Virus record (IMG/VR): IMGVR_UViG_3300047408_000076
Span: 1,071-65,070 of that record
Reading direction: 5' to 3' (one strand)
Source: a virus
DNA length: 64,000 bases
Part shown: piece by piece, positions 44,627 through 52,124 of the stretch
Layout: every line of letters begins with the position of its first letter
Numbering within the stretch: the first letter of the stretch is position 1
The notes under the pieces: generated by a model
Database searches by the model: none
What the model saw: the letters and a program-made list of their open reading frames with translations, nothing else
Told to the model about the DNA's origin: nothing
Program-made: the position numbers and the translations under genes

Positions 44627-44881
44627 ATGCCATCGACAAGGAAGGCCACCAACGGGCGCAAGCGCACAGTGCGGCCCTACGTGGCGCGTGCGCGCGAGTA
44701 CGAGGAACTGATGGGAACGCTTGGGCTGAACCAATTAGAATGCGGCGAGATGTTCGAGTTCGCTGGGCGAACCTCGCGGCGCTACAAGCGTGGCGAAGGC
44801 AAGGTGCCGCTGGCGACGCTCAAGCTCATGCGCCTGATGGCGCGCGGCATCCTGACCAAGCGGCAAGTTATGCGGGCGTGA
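44627..44881 (+). CDS. XRE/Cro-like HTH regulator, paralog of 29184-29402
   Basis: LGLNQLECGEMFEFAGRTSRRY; SD GGAGG. Confidence 0.65.
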   Translation: MPSTRKATNGRKRTVRPYVARAREYEELMGTLGLNQLECGEMFEFAGRTSRRYKRGEGKVPLATLKLMRLMARGILTKRQVMRA

Positions 44882-45690
44882 CCGAGAACTCGACCCGCTG
44901 GGCGATTGGGCTGCTGGTGTTGGCGGCTCTCGTGGTTCTCTTGCTCGCCATGTTTGGCCGTCCAGCGCGATCCGAGGAGATCATCCAATGCAGCTCCGCG
45001 CGCGGGCACGATAACGTCTGGTGGGCTTACCGCGAGATCGACGGCCGCCAGTGTTGGTATCCCGGCCGACCCGGCCGCCCGAAGAATCTGTTGAGTTGGG
45101 GCAGGCTTGAGCCGAAGCCAGAGCGAATCGTAAGCCGCCCCGAGCGAATCGTGGCTCCAGCTCCAGCCGAGCCTCCCAAACCCGAGCCGATTCAAGACGA
45201 GCCTCTACGACCGAAGCAGGTTGCCACCGTGGCTGTGGTGCCGGGATTCCCGTGGCCGCCCGCCGCAGTTCACAAGCCGCCGCTTGCGGCATTGCCACCC
45301 ACGCCGCCGCCAGAAAGACCATCGCCACTCTGGCTGCTTCTGCTCCCTGTGATCCTGCTCGCAGCGGGGTTCTTTGTGACCACCTTCCACCAACCAAGAA
45401 AGGCCAACCATGACCAACTATATCGAAGACGAGTTCCGCCGTTCGGTCGACGCCTTGCCGCCCTATCAGGGCAATGGCGCAAAGCGGCTGCTGCCATCGG
45501 CACCGCAGCTCACGGAGTCTTCAACACAGCCACCCGAGCAGCGCTACGACTTCGTGCATCTTGGCGAGAAAATCGCCGAGAGTATGGTGAGGGCGGTGGA
45601 AGATCAGCTCACCGAGGTTACGAATATGCTGGAGCAAACCAAGGTTTTCGCCCAAGACATGCAGCAGAAGATTACGACGAAGGCGCGTGA
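44878..45690 (+). CDS. Membrane-anchored Pro-rich protein
   Basis: GTG start overlapping the previous stop; N-terminal TM/signal, C..W.YR.IDGRQCWY domain, Pro-rich linker, second TM. The 3' end overlaps the next gene. Confidence 0.55.
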   Translation: MTENSTRWAIGLLVLAALVVLLLAMFGRPARSEEIIQCSSARGHDNVWWAYREIDGRQCWYPGRPGRPKNLLSWGRLEPKPERIVSRPERIVAPAPAEPPKPEPIQDEPLRPKQVATVAVVPGFPWPPAAVHKPPLAALPPTPPPERPSPLWLLLLPVILLAAGFFVTTFHQPRKANHDQLYRRRVPPFGRRLAALSGQWRKAAAAIGTAAHGVFNTATRAALRLRASWRENRREYGEGGGRSAHRGYEYAGANQGFRPRHAAEDYDEGA

Positions 45691-45778
45691 GCTGGCGGAG
45701 ACGAACGAGCGGCTCAAGGCGTATGCCGAGACCATCCTCGAAGCGCACAAGCAATTCCATGGTGAAGAAATCAAATAG
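45410..45778 (+). CDS. Coiled-coil hypothetical protein
   Basis: AGAAAGG upstream; clean heptad pattern. Confidence 0.55.
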   Translation: MTNYIEDEFRRSVDALPPYQGNGAKRLLPSAPQLTESSTQPPEQRYDFVHLGEKIAESMVRAVEDQLTEVTNMLEQTKVFAQDMQQKITTKARELAETNERLKAYAETILEAHKQFHGEEIK

Positions 45779-45855
45779 CCCGCTTGCCGGAAGCGCGGCG
45801 ATGGTGCCTTATTCGCAGGCGGCCAAGCCGGCCGATTCCCCATAGGAGGTAATTC

Positions 45856-46308
45856 ATGGCGAAGGCATCGAGGAAGGCCGCCCCGAAGGCGGCCGCGAAG
45901 GCGCGCGGCAAGAAGGGCGAAGCCAAGAAGGCGTTCCCGTTGGTTGGCAGGAACGACCTCAACCGGCTACTGGAGCAAGCCGCGATTCTCAAGAACCGCG
46001 CAGCGAGCGCCAACGGTTCTCGCAGCGAACTGATCGGCACCTATGTGACGAAGAAGCATCTGCATGCCGGGGCTTTCCGCTCCATCAGCCGGCTGTGGAA
46101 GCTCGGTCAGGACGATCCGCAGAAGCTGTGGCTGGAACTAGCCCACTTCGATGATATGCGCGAGAAGGCCGGCCTCGACCGAATGGCCAAGGAGCAGGGC
46201 CAGCTTCTGCCGGCAATCGAGGACGGCGAGGAATCGAAGCCCGAGAAGGCTGAGAAAGTCGTGAGCTATCCTCGTGAGGTCGAGGAGCGGGCGGGTGATG
46301 CGGCATGA
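45856..46308 (+). CDS. GapR/DUF2312-like DNA-binding protein with basic N-terminal tail
   Basis: SD AGGAGG; L..L......L......S.L....V.K.H.H..AFR....L.K...P.K...L..FD......GL helical pattern resembles GapR-type proteins. Confidence 0.5.
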   Translation: MAKASRKAAPKAAAKARGKKGEAKKAFPLVGRNDLNRLLEQAAILKNRAASANGSRSELIGTYVTKKHLHAGAFRSISRLWKLGQDDPQKLWLELAHFDDMREKAGLDRMAKEQGQLLPAIEDGEESKPEKAEKVVSYPREVEERAGDAA

Positions 46309-47279
46309 GCTTTCGCACAACCCCAGGACAACAGCTTGCTCGGACAAGCGCCCGCCACGACGGGCGCGATCTCGAAAGCTTTGATCCAAAACGCTATCAC
46401 CGCAATCAGATTGTCCATGATGCGATCATCAAGGAGGCCAAGCTGCGTTTTAACGAGACGTTTCGCGAGTACGGACTTGAGGAGGCAAAGAAAATCAAGG
46501 AATGGGACACGCTGCACCGAGCAGCCGCCGACAAGCTCGCCGAGCAGCAATTGTTCGTTGGGTGGTGGCAGGCGAATGTCACCATCGGACACGGAGCCGG
46601 ACGTGGAAATAAAAAGAGCCGGGTTCCCGGCGCTTTTTCCTTGAGCGAAGCCGAGCGCCTCACCGGCATGAAGCATCAGCGGGTATCAGAGCTTGGCAAG
46701 CGACTTCAGGACGAGGCCGCGTATTTTCGGCATCTGGTGGGCGCTGTGTATTTTGCGGCGTTTCTGGAAATCCCACCGACGCGCGGTACGATGGGGACCG
46801 GCGAGAACGAATGGTTCACGCCGGAGTCTTACATAACGCTTGTGCGCAAGGTGCTCGGCGGAATCGATCTTGATCCAGCGACGAGCGCTGTGGCGCAAAA
46901 GATAGTCCGCGCCAGAAAATTCCACACTGAGGAAACAGACGGGCTCAAACATAATTGGCGCGGGCGCGTGTGGCTCAATCCGCCATATGGGCAACCGACA
47001 ATCCAGAACTTCGTTTCTAAGATGGTGGCTGAGTACAAAGCCAAGCGAGTGATTGCCGCCATCATGCTCACGCACAATTTCACCGACACAACTTGGTTTC
47101 ACGACGCCGTCAATACCGCCAAGGTGATCTGCTTTACGCGCGGTCGCGTCAAGTTCTACAAAGCTGATGGAAGCATCGCTGCGCCAACGCAGGGACAAGC
47201 ATTCTTTTACTTCGGCCGCAATCCTGCGCGATTCATCAAGGCATTCAAGGAAGTCGGATTCATTGTGAGGCTGACGTAA
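46305..47279 (+). CDS. DNA N6-adenine methyltransferase (phage Dam-like) with N-terminal extension
   Basis: NEWFTP, IDLDPATS, DGL...W.GRVWLNPPYG, GRVKF. Confidence 0.85.
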   Translation: MSFRTTPGQQLARTSARHDGRDLESFDPKRYHRNQIVHDAIIKEAKLRFNETFREYGLEEAKKIKEWDTLHRAAADKLAEQQLFVGWWQANVTIGHGAGRGNKKSRVPGAFSLSEAERLTGMKHQRVSELGKRLQDEAAYFRHLVGAVYFAAFLEIPPTRGTMGTGENEWFTPESYITLVRKVLGGIDLDPATSAVAQKIVRARKFHTEETDGLKHNWRGRVWLNPPYGQPTIQNFVSKMVAEYKAKRVIAAIMLTHNFTDTTWFHDAVNTAKVICFTRGRVKFYKADGSIAAPTQGQAFFYFGRNPARFIKAFKEVGFIVRLT

Positions 47280-47281
47280 AA

Positions 47282-47743
47282 ATGACCATCCTGCACCCGG
47301 AGCGATTCAAGCAATCGAATCCATGCAATTCGGACGGTCTTTTCGATTGGGATGCTTTCACCATCATTAACGGAAAGAGTTGTTTCCCGCGTGACATCAC
47401 GCCGATGGACATTGATCTAAATGTCGAGGTCAAATACCAGCACCTGATTATGGAAAGTAAAGATGAAGATAAAGAGATACCGGCTGGCCAGTTGCGAGCT
47501 TTGCACAGTTTGATTGATACGTATAAAATTACGCTGGTTTGCATCTGGGGTAAGCTGTCTCCGACATCGTGGTCGCTCGAAACCAGATCGAAGCGCGTGA
47601 TGCCAATTGTAGTGAAGTTTGGAGGTCAGATCACCAAGCGGCTTGGTGATATCGCAATATTGGATCGACAGCCCACCGACTGTCAGCGCGTATTCGATTT
47701 CCTGCAAGAATGGTCAGCCGTGGTTGATGGGCGACGAGGATGA
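47282..47743 (+). CDS. Possible PD-(D/E)XK-fold nuclease-like protein
   Basis: PMDID..VE......MESK.....GQ...L pattern. Confidence 0.45.
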   Translation: MTILHPERFKQSNPCNSDGLFDWDAFTIINGKSCFPRDITPMDIDLNVEVKYQHLIMESKDEDKEIPAGQLRALHSLIDTYKITLVCIWGKLSPTSWSLETRSKRVMPIVVKFGGQITKRLGDIAILDRQPTDCQRVFDFLQEWSAVVDGRRG

Positions 47744-47955
47744 TTGGCCTCGATGAGAAGGGACGCTTGCTGCACTACTGCCATTGCGGCAAGTGGGGAG
47801 CGCACGGATTCGGCTATTTCCCGCGCCAAGGCAAGCTCGGGCAATGGTTCTGCGCGGAGCACAAACCTTCGGCCCCGCCCGTGGCCGCGCCGGCCGTCTC
47901 GGCCACGCCGCAAGCGCCCAAACCAGAGCTTCCTGCGCAAGGCAAGCTGTTATGA
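47740..47955 (+). CDS. Small zinc-finger protein
   Basis: HYCHCG...WFCAEH. Confidence 0.55.
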   Translation: MIGLDEKGRLLHYCHCGKWGAHGFGYFPRQGKLGQWFCAEHKPSAPPVAAPAVSATPQAPKPELPAQGKLL

Positions 47956-48173
47956 ATCAACGGCATGTGGGATTTCACGAGTTGAAATGCGTTCAATGTA
48001 ATGAGCAACCACGGTATAAAACGACAGACCAGAATGCAAGGATTCTCAGGCACTGGACCATGTGCCGCGCCTGCCTGCTGAAAATCTGGCGCGCAGCCTC
48101 GCTGAAGGGCGCTCGCGCTCGCAAGAGAATGGCCAATGCCCGAGCCCGATCTCCAACTACCGCTCCTGGCTGA
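47952..48173 (+). CDS. Small zinc-finger-like basic protein
   Basis: ATGA overlap; CVQC and CRAC. Confidence 0.4.
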   Translation: MNQRHVGFHELKCVQCNEQPRYKTTDQNARILRHWTMCRACLLKIWRAASLKGARARKRMANARARSPTTAPG

Positions 48174-48648
48174 AGCTGCGCCGCTTGTGGTGTCGGCCAA
48201 GGTCTTCTGCGTCTTCGAGGTTGAGGGCGAGCCGCGAGCTTGGTCACGTGCTGGTGCCACCATCAAGTGGGGGCAAGGTCGTCCGTACATTCACTGGTAC
48301 ACACGCCCCGATGACGAGCACTATCGCGAGGCCATTGCCTGGAGCGCCAAGGGCGCAATGCGCGGCCGGCTGCCCACCGAGAAGCCCGTGGCGCTGCTGG
48401 TCCACGCCTTCCTGCCGATTCCCGAGAGCTGGCACTGGAAGCGCAAGCTGGAGGCGCGCGCGGGCTCGTTGCTGCCAACAGGCAAGCCTGACTTCGACAA
48501 TCTTGGCAAGGCTGCTGCCGACGCGATCAAGGGCATCGTCTGGGGCGACGACGCGGCCGTGGTCGATGGCAGGATAATCAAGCGCTACAGCGACAAACCC
48601 GCGCTGCGAGTCGAGGTTCGCGAAATGGTGGCTCCCCATGGCAACTGA
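48136..48648 (+). CDS. rusA: RusA-family Holliday junction resolvase
   Basis: GEP..W.R, KPDFDNLGK...DAIKGIVWGDDAAVV motif. Confidence 0.85.
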   Translation: MPEPDLQLPLLAEAAPLVVSAKVFCVFEVEGEPRAWSRAGATIKWGQGRPYIHWYTRPDDEHYREAIAWSAKGAMRGRLPTEKPVALLVHAFLPIPESWHWKRKLEARAGSLLPTGKPDFDNLGKAAADAIKGIVWGDDAAVVDGRIIKRYSDKPALRVEVREMVAPHGN

Positions 48649-48790
48649 GGTAATCGAGAAGTGGCTCAAGGCTTTGATCCACAATCTCAAACGCCGGATC
48701 AACAAGGGTGAACTGGACCCGTTGTTTCAGCTCGCCATCGCGCTTCAAGAGCGTGCCAAGGTCGTAATCCGCATGGAGCGCGGTCGGTGA
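48638..48790 (+). CDS. Small hypothetical protein (50 aa)
   Basis: Hand-translated MATEVIEKWLKAL...; fills the gap and its stop overlaps GTG 48787. Confidence 0.4.
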   Translation: MATEVIEKWLKALIHNLKRRINKGELDPLFQLAIALQERAKVVIRMERGR

Positions 48791-48996
48791 CACCGCCGTT
48801 CGATCCGATCCAGGCGGTACGCGAGGAGCTTATGGGCATGGGCGACATACTCGCGACGTTGCGCAGGCGCGAGAATATCGCCGAGGAAGCCATGGGCGTC
48901 GCCGAGGTCGAGCTGAACGCGATTCGCAAGCTGCGTGGCTATTGCCAGTCTGAGGTTGATCGATTGCGTGCGCGGCTCAAGGCCATGGAGGCTTGA
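48787..48996 (+). CDS. Small coiled-coil protein
   Basis: ORF track; heptad pattern. Confidence 0.5.
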   Translation: MTPPFDPIQAVREELMGMGDILATLRRRENIAEEAMGVAEVELNAIRKLRGYCQSEVDRLRARLKAMEA

Positions 48997-49062
48997 CCGA
49001 AGCCATGGAATAGACGAAAGAATCGCCGCTTCCGGGACCGACTCGTCTGGACGGAGTCGGAA

Positions 49063-49563
49063 TTGCAACAGCACTGGTATGTGGCGCAGCTCAAGGCTGG
49101 GCGCGAGCGCGTGGCCATCCATGGTCTAGGCGAGCAAGGCTTCGAGAGTTACTACCCGCAAATGCAGGTCTCACGTGCCCGCAATGGGCGCTGGATCGAC
49201 GCGCCCGAGCCGGTGTTCCCGCGCTATTTATTCCTGCGATCACAAGCGGATGCCCATAGATGGCGGGCCGTTAACAACACCCGTGGAGTTGTCCGTTTGC
49301 TCGGCAATCTTGAACCATGCGCTCTGCGCGCTGGCGAGGTCGAGGCCCTCCAAGAGCGCGAGCGCGCCGGCCTACTGCGCCACCCTTACCGCCGCCAGAT
49401 CAGGATCGGCGACCGCGTAGAGTTCAAGGTCGGCACTTTCGTCGGCCTCATCGGCATCTGCCAATGGACCAAACGCGAGCGAATCGGCGTATTGCTTCAA
49501 ATTCTTGGAGGGGATACGGTCGTCATGTCCCCACGTGACTGGCTCAAGCTCGCAGTCGCCTGA
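49063..49563 (+). CDS. NusG/RfaH-family transcription antiterminator paralog
   Basis: HWYVAQ, P.FPRYLF, VNNTRGVVRLLG (NGN domain); IGDRV..K.G.F.GL.G (KOW). Confidence 0.85.
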   Translation: MQQHWYVAQLKAGRERVAIHGLGEQGFESYYPQMQVSRARNGRWIDAPEPVFPRYLFLRSQADAHRWRAVNNTRGVVRLLGNLEPCALRAGEVEALQERERAGLLRHPYRRQIRIGDRVEFKVGTFVGLIGICQWTKRERIGVLLQILGGDTVVMSPRDWLKLAVA

Positions 49564-49685
49564 AGGTCCTTCGAGGTTGGCCATGGTGTTGGTGGCCATC
49601 AAGCGGCGGGAAACCGTGCGACGCTAAAGCCGGAAGGCTGTGTTTGATAGGTGGAGGGATCGAACCTGAGCCCGATCCCTCCAAT

Positions 49686-49750
49686 GCCAAGCTAAGCTAC
49701 GCTATGCTGTGATAAGCTGTGCTACGCGATGCTCTGCTAAGCCTTGCCAC
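49686..49750. repeat. Tandem pentamer array (GCTAN-like)
   Basis: 13 consecutive 5-mers: GCCAA GCTAA GCTAC GCTAT GCTGT GATAA GCTGT GCTAC GCGAT GCTCT GCTAA GCCTT GCCAC. Confidence 0.75.
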
Positions 49751-49789
49751 TCTACTCAAAGGCAAGCTGACTAACAAGATCGATCCGCC

Positions 49790-49975
49790 ATGACCGAAGA
49801 AGATTTCATCCACGATCTCACCTCCCTGGTCGCTCGTGCCTCCATGTTCATCCACCCAATCGTACTGCGTGAGTTCCTCAACGAAGCTGCCGTCGCCCAA
49901 GACGGCATGATCATCAAGTACCAGCTCGATACCGCACCATGGCCGCCAGAGGCCAAGAGTCTACTGTCGGACTAA
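49790..49975 (+). CDS. Small hypothetical protein
   Basis: ORF track. Confidence 0.45.
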   Translation: MTEEDFIHDLTSLVARASMFIHPIVLREFLNEAAVAQDGMIIKYQLDTAPWPPEAKSLLSD

Positions 49976-49982
49976 GTTAAAA

Positions 49983-50495
49983 ATGAATCTTCGCGATCTC
50001 TCAAAGCCACGTACCGGAGATCGGCGCAAGGCCCGCGTCAAACCAGGACGCAAACGCGGCAGGCCGAAGGGCGCGCTCAGCAAGGCCACGATCGAGAAAA
50101 CGCTCAAAGCGCAGCGCGCGCTGCTCAAGTCAGCTCAGTACAAGATCGCGACCGAGCATATGGATGAGCAGATTGGCAAGCTCGAAGGACTGGTGGCGCT
50201 GCTCTACCCGTTCGACGAAGCTGGGGATGTGCGGAAAGGCAAGGACACAAGCCTCTATTTCCATGCTTTCGATCTGTTCCGCGATTTCCTCTGCATGCGC
50301 GCGCCCTATCAAAGCCCGAGGCTGAGCGCAGTTCAGGTGGTGCCAGCGCAGGCGCGGCAACAGACGACAGTTAATGTTACAATTTTGAACGAGCGCGGCG
50401 AGCAAGTTTACAGCGATAGTGAGAATCCTCCCGGCAACGCCAAGCTGATCGAGAACGAGCCCATGGTTCCGGCCAAGGACGAGGAGGCGGCGTGA
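49983..50495 (+). CDS. Putative terminase small subunit
   Basis: RKRGRPKGA.SKAT N-terminus and APYQSPRLSAV motif; upstream of TerL. Confidence 0.65.
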   Translation: MNLRDLSKPRTGDRRKARVKPGRKRGRPKGALSKATIEKTLKAQRALLKSAQYKIATEHMDEQIGKLEGLVALLYPFDEAGDVRKGKDTSLYFHAFDLFRDFLCMRAPYQSPRLSAVQVVPAQARQQTTVNVTILNERGEQVYSDSENPPGNAKLIENEPMVPAKDEEAA

Positions 50496-50878
50496 AAGTT
50501 CCCAAGTGCCGAGGCTGCGGCGAACTCACCTGGGATCGGATATGTGGTGGTCCTGGATCGCATGGCGCGTCGGTTGGTCGGCGTCACAGCGACGCGGACA
50601 TCAGGCGCGAGGTGGTGGTTGTTACGAGGCCGCGTAACACACCACCCCAGTTGGCTTCTGTTACGAAATCGCGTAACAAGGCTGACGATAGCTTTGAGGG
50701 CGAGGTCAAAGCGCTCAAGCGGGCGCTCGCCGAATCGAATGCGAAGCTCGCCGAAGCTCTTGCCAAGATCGAGAGATTGGAGGCGGGCAAGACGAAGGCT
50801 GTGCCTGCGGTGGAGCGCATGCGTAAAATGCGTGAGAAGCGCAAGGCGAAGAACGGCACCACAGAGTTTCGAGGATAG
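50492..50878 (+). CDS. Hypothetical protein (CxxC, coiled coil, basic C-terminal helix)
   Basis: SD GAGGAGG; ERMRKMREKRK. Confidence 0.55.
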   Translation: MKVPKCRGCGELTWDRICGGPGSHGASVGRRHSDADIRREVVVVTRPRNTPPQLASVTKSRNKADDSFEGEVKALKRALAESNAKLAEALAKIERLEAGKTKAVPAVERMRKMREKRKAKNGTTEFRG

Positions 50879-50995
50879 GCTGGACGGTGATTCGGTGTCG
50901 CGGACTGGATCACTCGTGACACATGAGGGAAGATTGAATGCGCCGGGGACACCCGGAGAGTGCAGGCCCTCGCCTTTTCATATGGAGAATGCGTG

Positions 50996-51241
50996 ATGGC
51001 GAATCCTGGCATGGACTTCGGCGGTGCGCTGCATTGCATGAAGGGCGGCGACAAGTGTTTCCGGCAAGGGTGGGCGGGCGGCGTGTACGTCAATCTTCAG
51101 AAGCCTGATGATCATTCGAAGATGACCGAGCCGTATCTCTATGAGATTCGCGGTGAAATGGACGGCGAGTGCGTGCCATGGACACCGACGCAAGCTGACA
51201 TGCTGGCGGAGGACTGGGTGATGATGGGGGAGAACGGCTAA
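50996..51241 (+). CDS. DUF2829 / Tad2-like anti-defence sponge candidate
   Basis: MDFGGAL..MK.G.K..R.GW...PWTPTQADMLAEDW signature. Confidence 0.8.
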   Translation: MANPGMDFGGALHCMKGGDKCFRQGWAGGVYVNLQKPDDHSKMTEPYLYEIRGEMDGECVPWTPTQADMLAEDWVMMGENG

Positions 51242-51429
51242 TGCCGTGCGGCTGCGCGGAGCGACGCAAGGCGATCAAGGACGCATGGATGCGGCTGGTC
51301 GGCAAGTCGGTGATGCTGAGCGGCGATCGTCAAGCGCAGGCGCGAGCTGAGGCCGAAGCGCAGGTTCGACGGCAGCAGATGACGAGCCCGAGCTGGGCGC
51401 AACGCAAGCAACAGGATGCGCGGCCATGA
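51241..51429 (+). CDS. Small hypothetical protein
   Basis: MPCGCAERR start, overlapping the previous stop. Confidence 0.5.
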   Translation: MPCGCAERRKAIKDAWMRLVGKSVMLSGDRQAQARAEAEAQVRRQQMTSPSWAQRKQQDARP

Positions 51430-51573
51430 CGAGTTCCGAGCGCTGACGGATGATTGGATGCCCTGTCCTGGTGACAATCATTCGGGAAAGCCAATGACGG
51501 CCAGTTTCTGCACACGGTTGACACCAGACCGATCAACGGAGTGTGGCGCTCGGAAGCTAAACAGGAGAAGATC

Positions 51574-51801
51574 ATGACGGTTGGTAGTCTTGGCGCGGCG
51601 CGGGTACGTGAGAGCTTCAATCCGAGCGGCAACGAGCTGGTCGACAAGATCAAGCGCTACACGGCCGATCTGATCGATCTGTGCCACTCCGAAATGGGCA
51701 AGAACATCGAGCCCGAGGAAGCGCGCTTGTGGGGACTGGCGATGACGCATTACGAGGATGCCGCCATGTGGTCGGTCAAGGCTGCCACCACGCCGAAATG
51801 A
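51574..51801 (+). CDS. Acb2/Tad1-like helical-hairpin anti-defence sponge candidate
   Basis: SD AGGAG; FNPS....VDKIK.....LIDL.....R...LA.T.YEDAAMW.VKAAT pattern. Confidence 0.6.
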   Translation: MTVGSLGAARVRESFNPSGNELVDKIKRYTADLIDLCHSEMGKNIEPEEARLWGLAMTHYEDAAMWSVKAATTPK

Positions 51802-52004
51802 TGCAGTCCCTCATGGGTGCGTATCTTGACGCGGTCGCGAATCAGAACGTGTGGCTGCTTGAGGACATACTGATTCTTAAGGACTCGCGTGAGCCTTGGG
51901 ATAGTTCAGACATTTTCAGGTTTGTGCTTCTGGACATGGCGCGCGAGCACGCCGAGGCGGACTTGAAGGCTGCGGTGGATTGGGATGAAGCACGAGTGGA
52001 TTGA
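51798..52004 (+). CDS. Small hypothetical protein
   Basis: ATGA overlap. Confidence 0.4.
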   Translation: MMQSLMGAYLDAVANQNVWLLEDILILKDSREPWDSSDIFRFVLLDMAREHAEADLKAAVDWDEARVD

Positions 52005-52124
52005 GGTTGGTGCTCGCCGCTGGTGCTTAGCTTGCGGCAGTTTCCAGGTTCGCCATGATGGCCGTTGGTTCGACAGCATGGTCGGGCCGTGGCCTGGATA
52101 CAATAAAACGGATTTGTCGGCGCA

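Noticed and set aside
44623-44877. 355-aa ORF 44623-45690 as a single gene
   Set aside because: Its first 85 codons overlap the HTH gene in another frame; the GTG at 44878 gives a sensible signal/TM start.
49595-49651. c-di-GMP-I riboswitch (GACGCUAAAGCC resembles its junction)
   Set aside because: The second arm is too short and lacks the tetraloop receptor; kept only as an unnamed structured RNA candidate.
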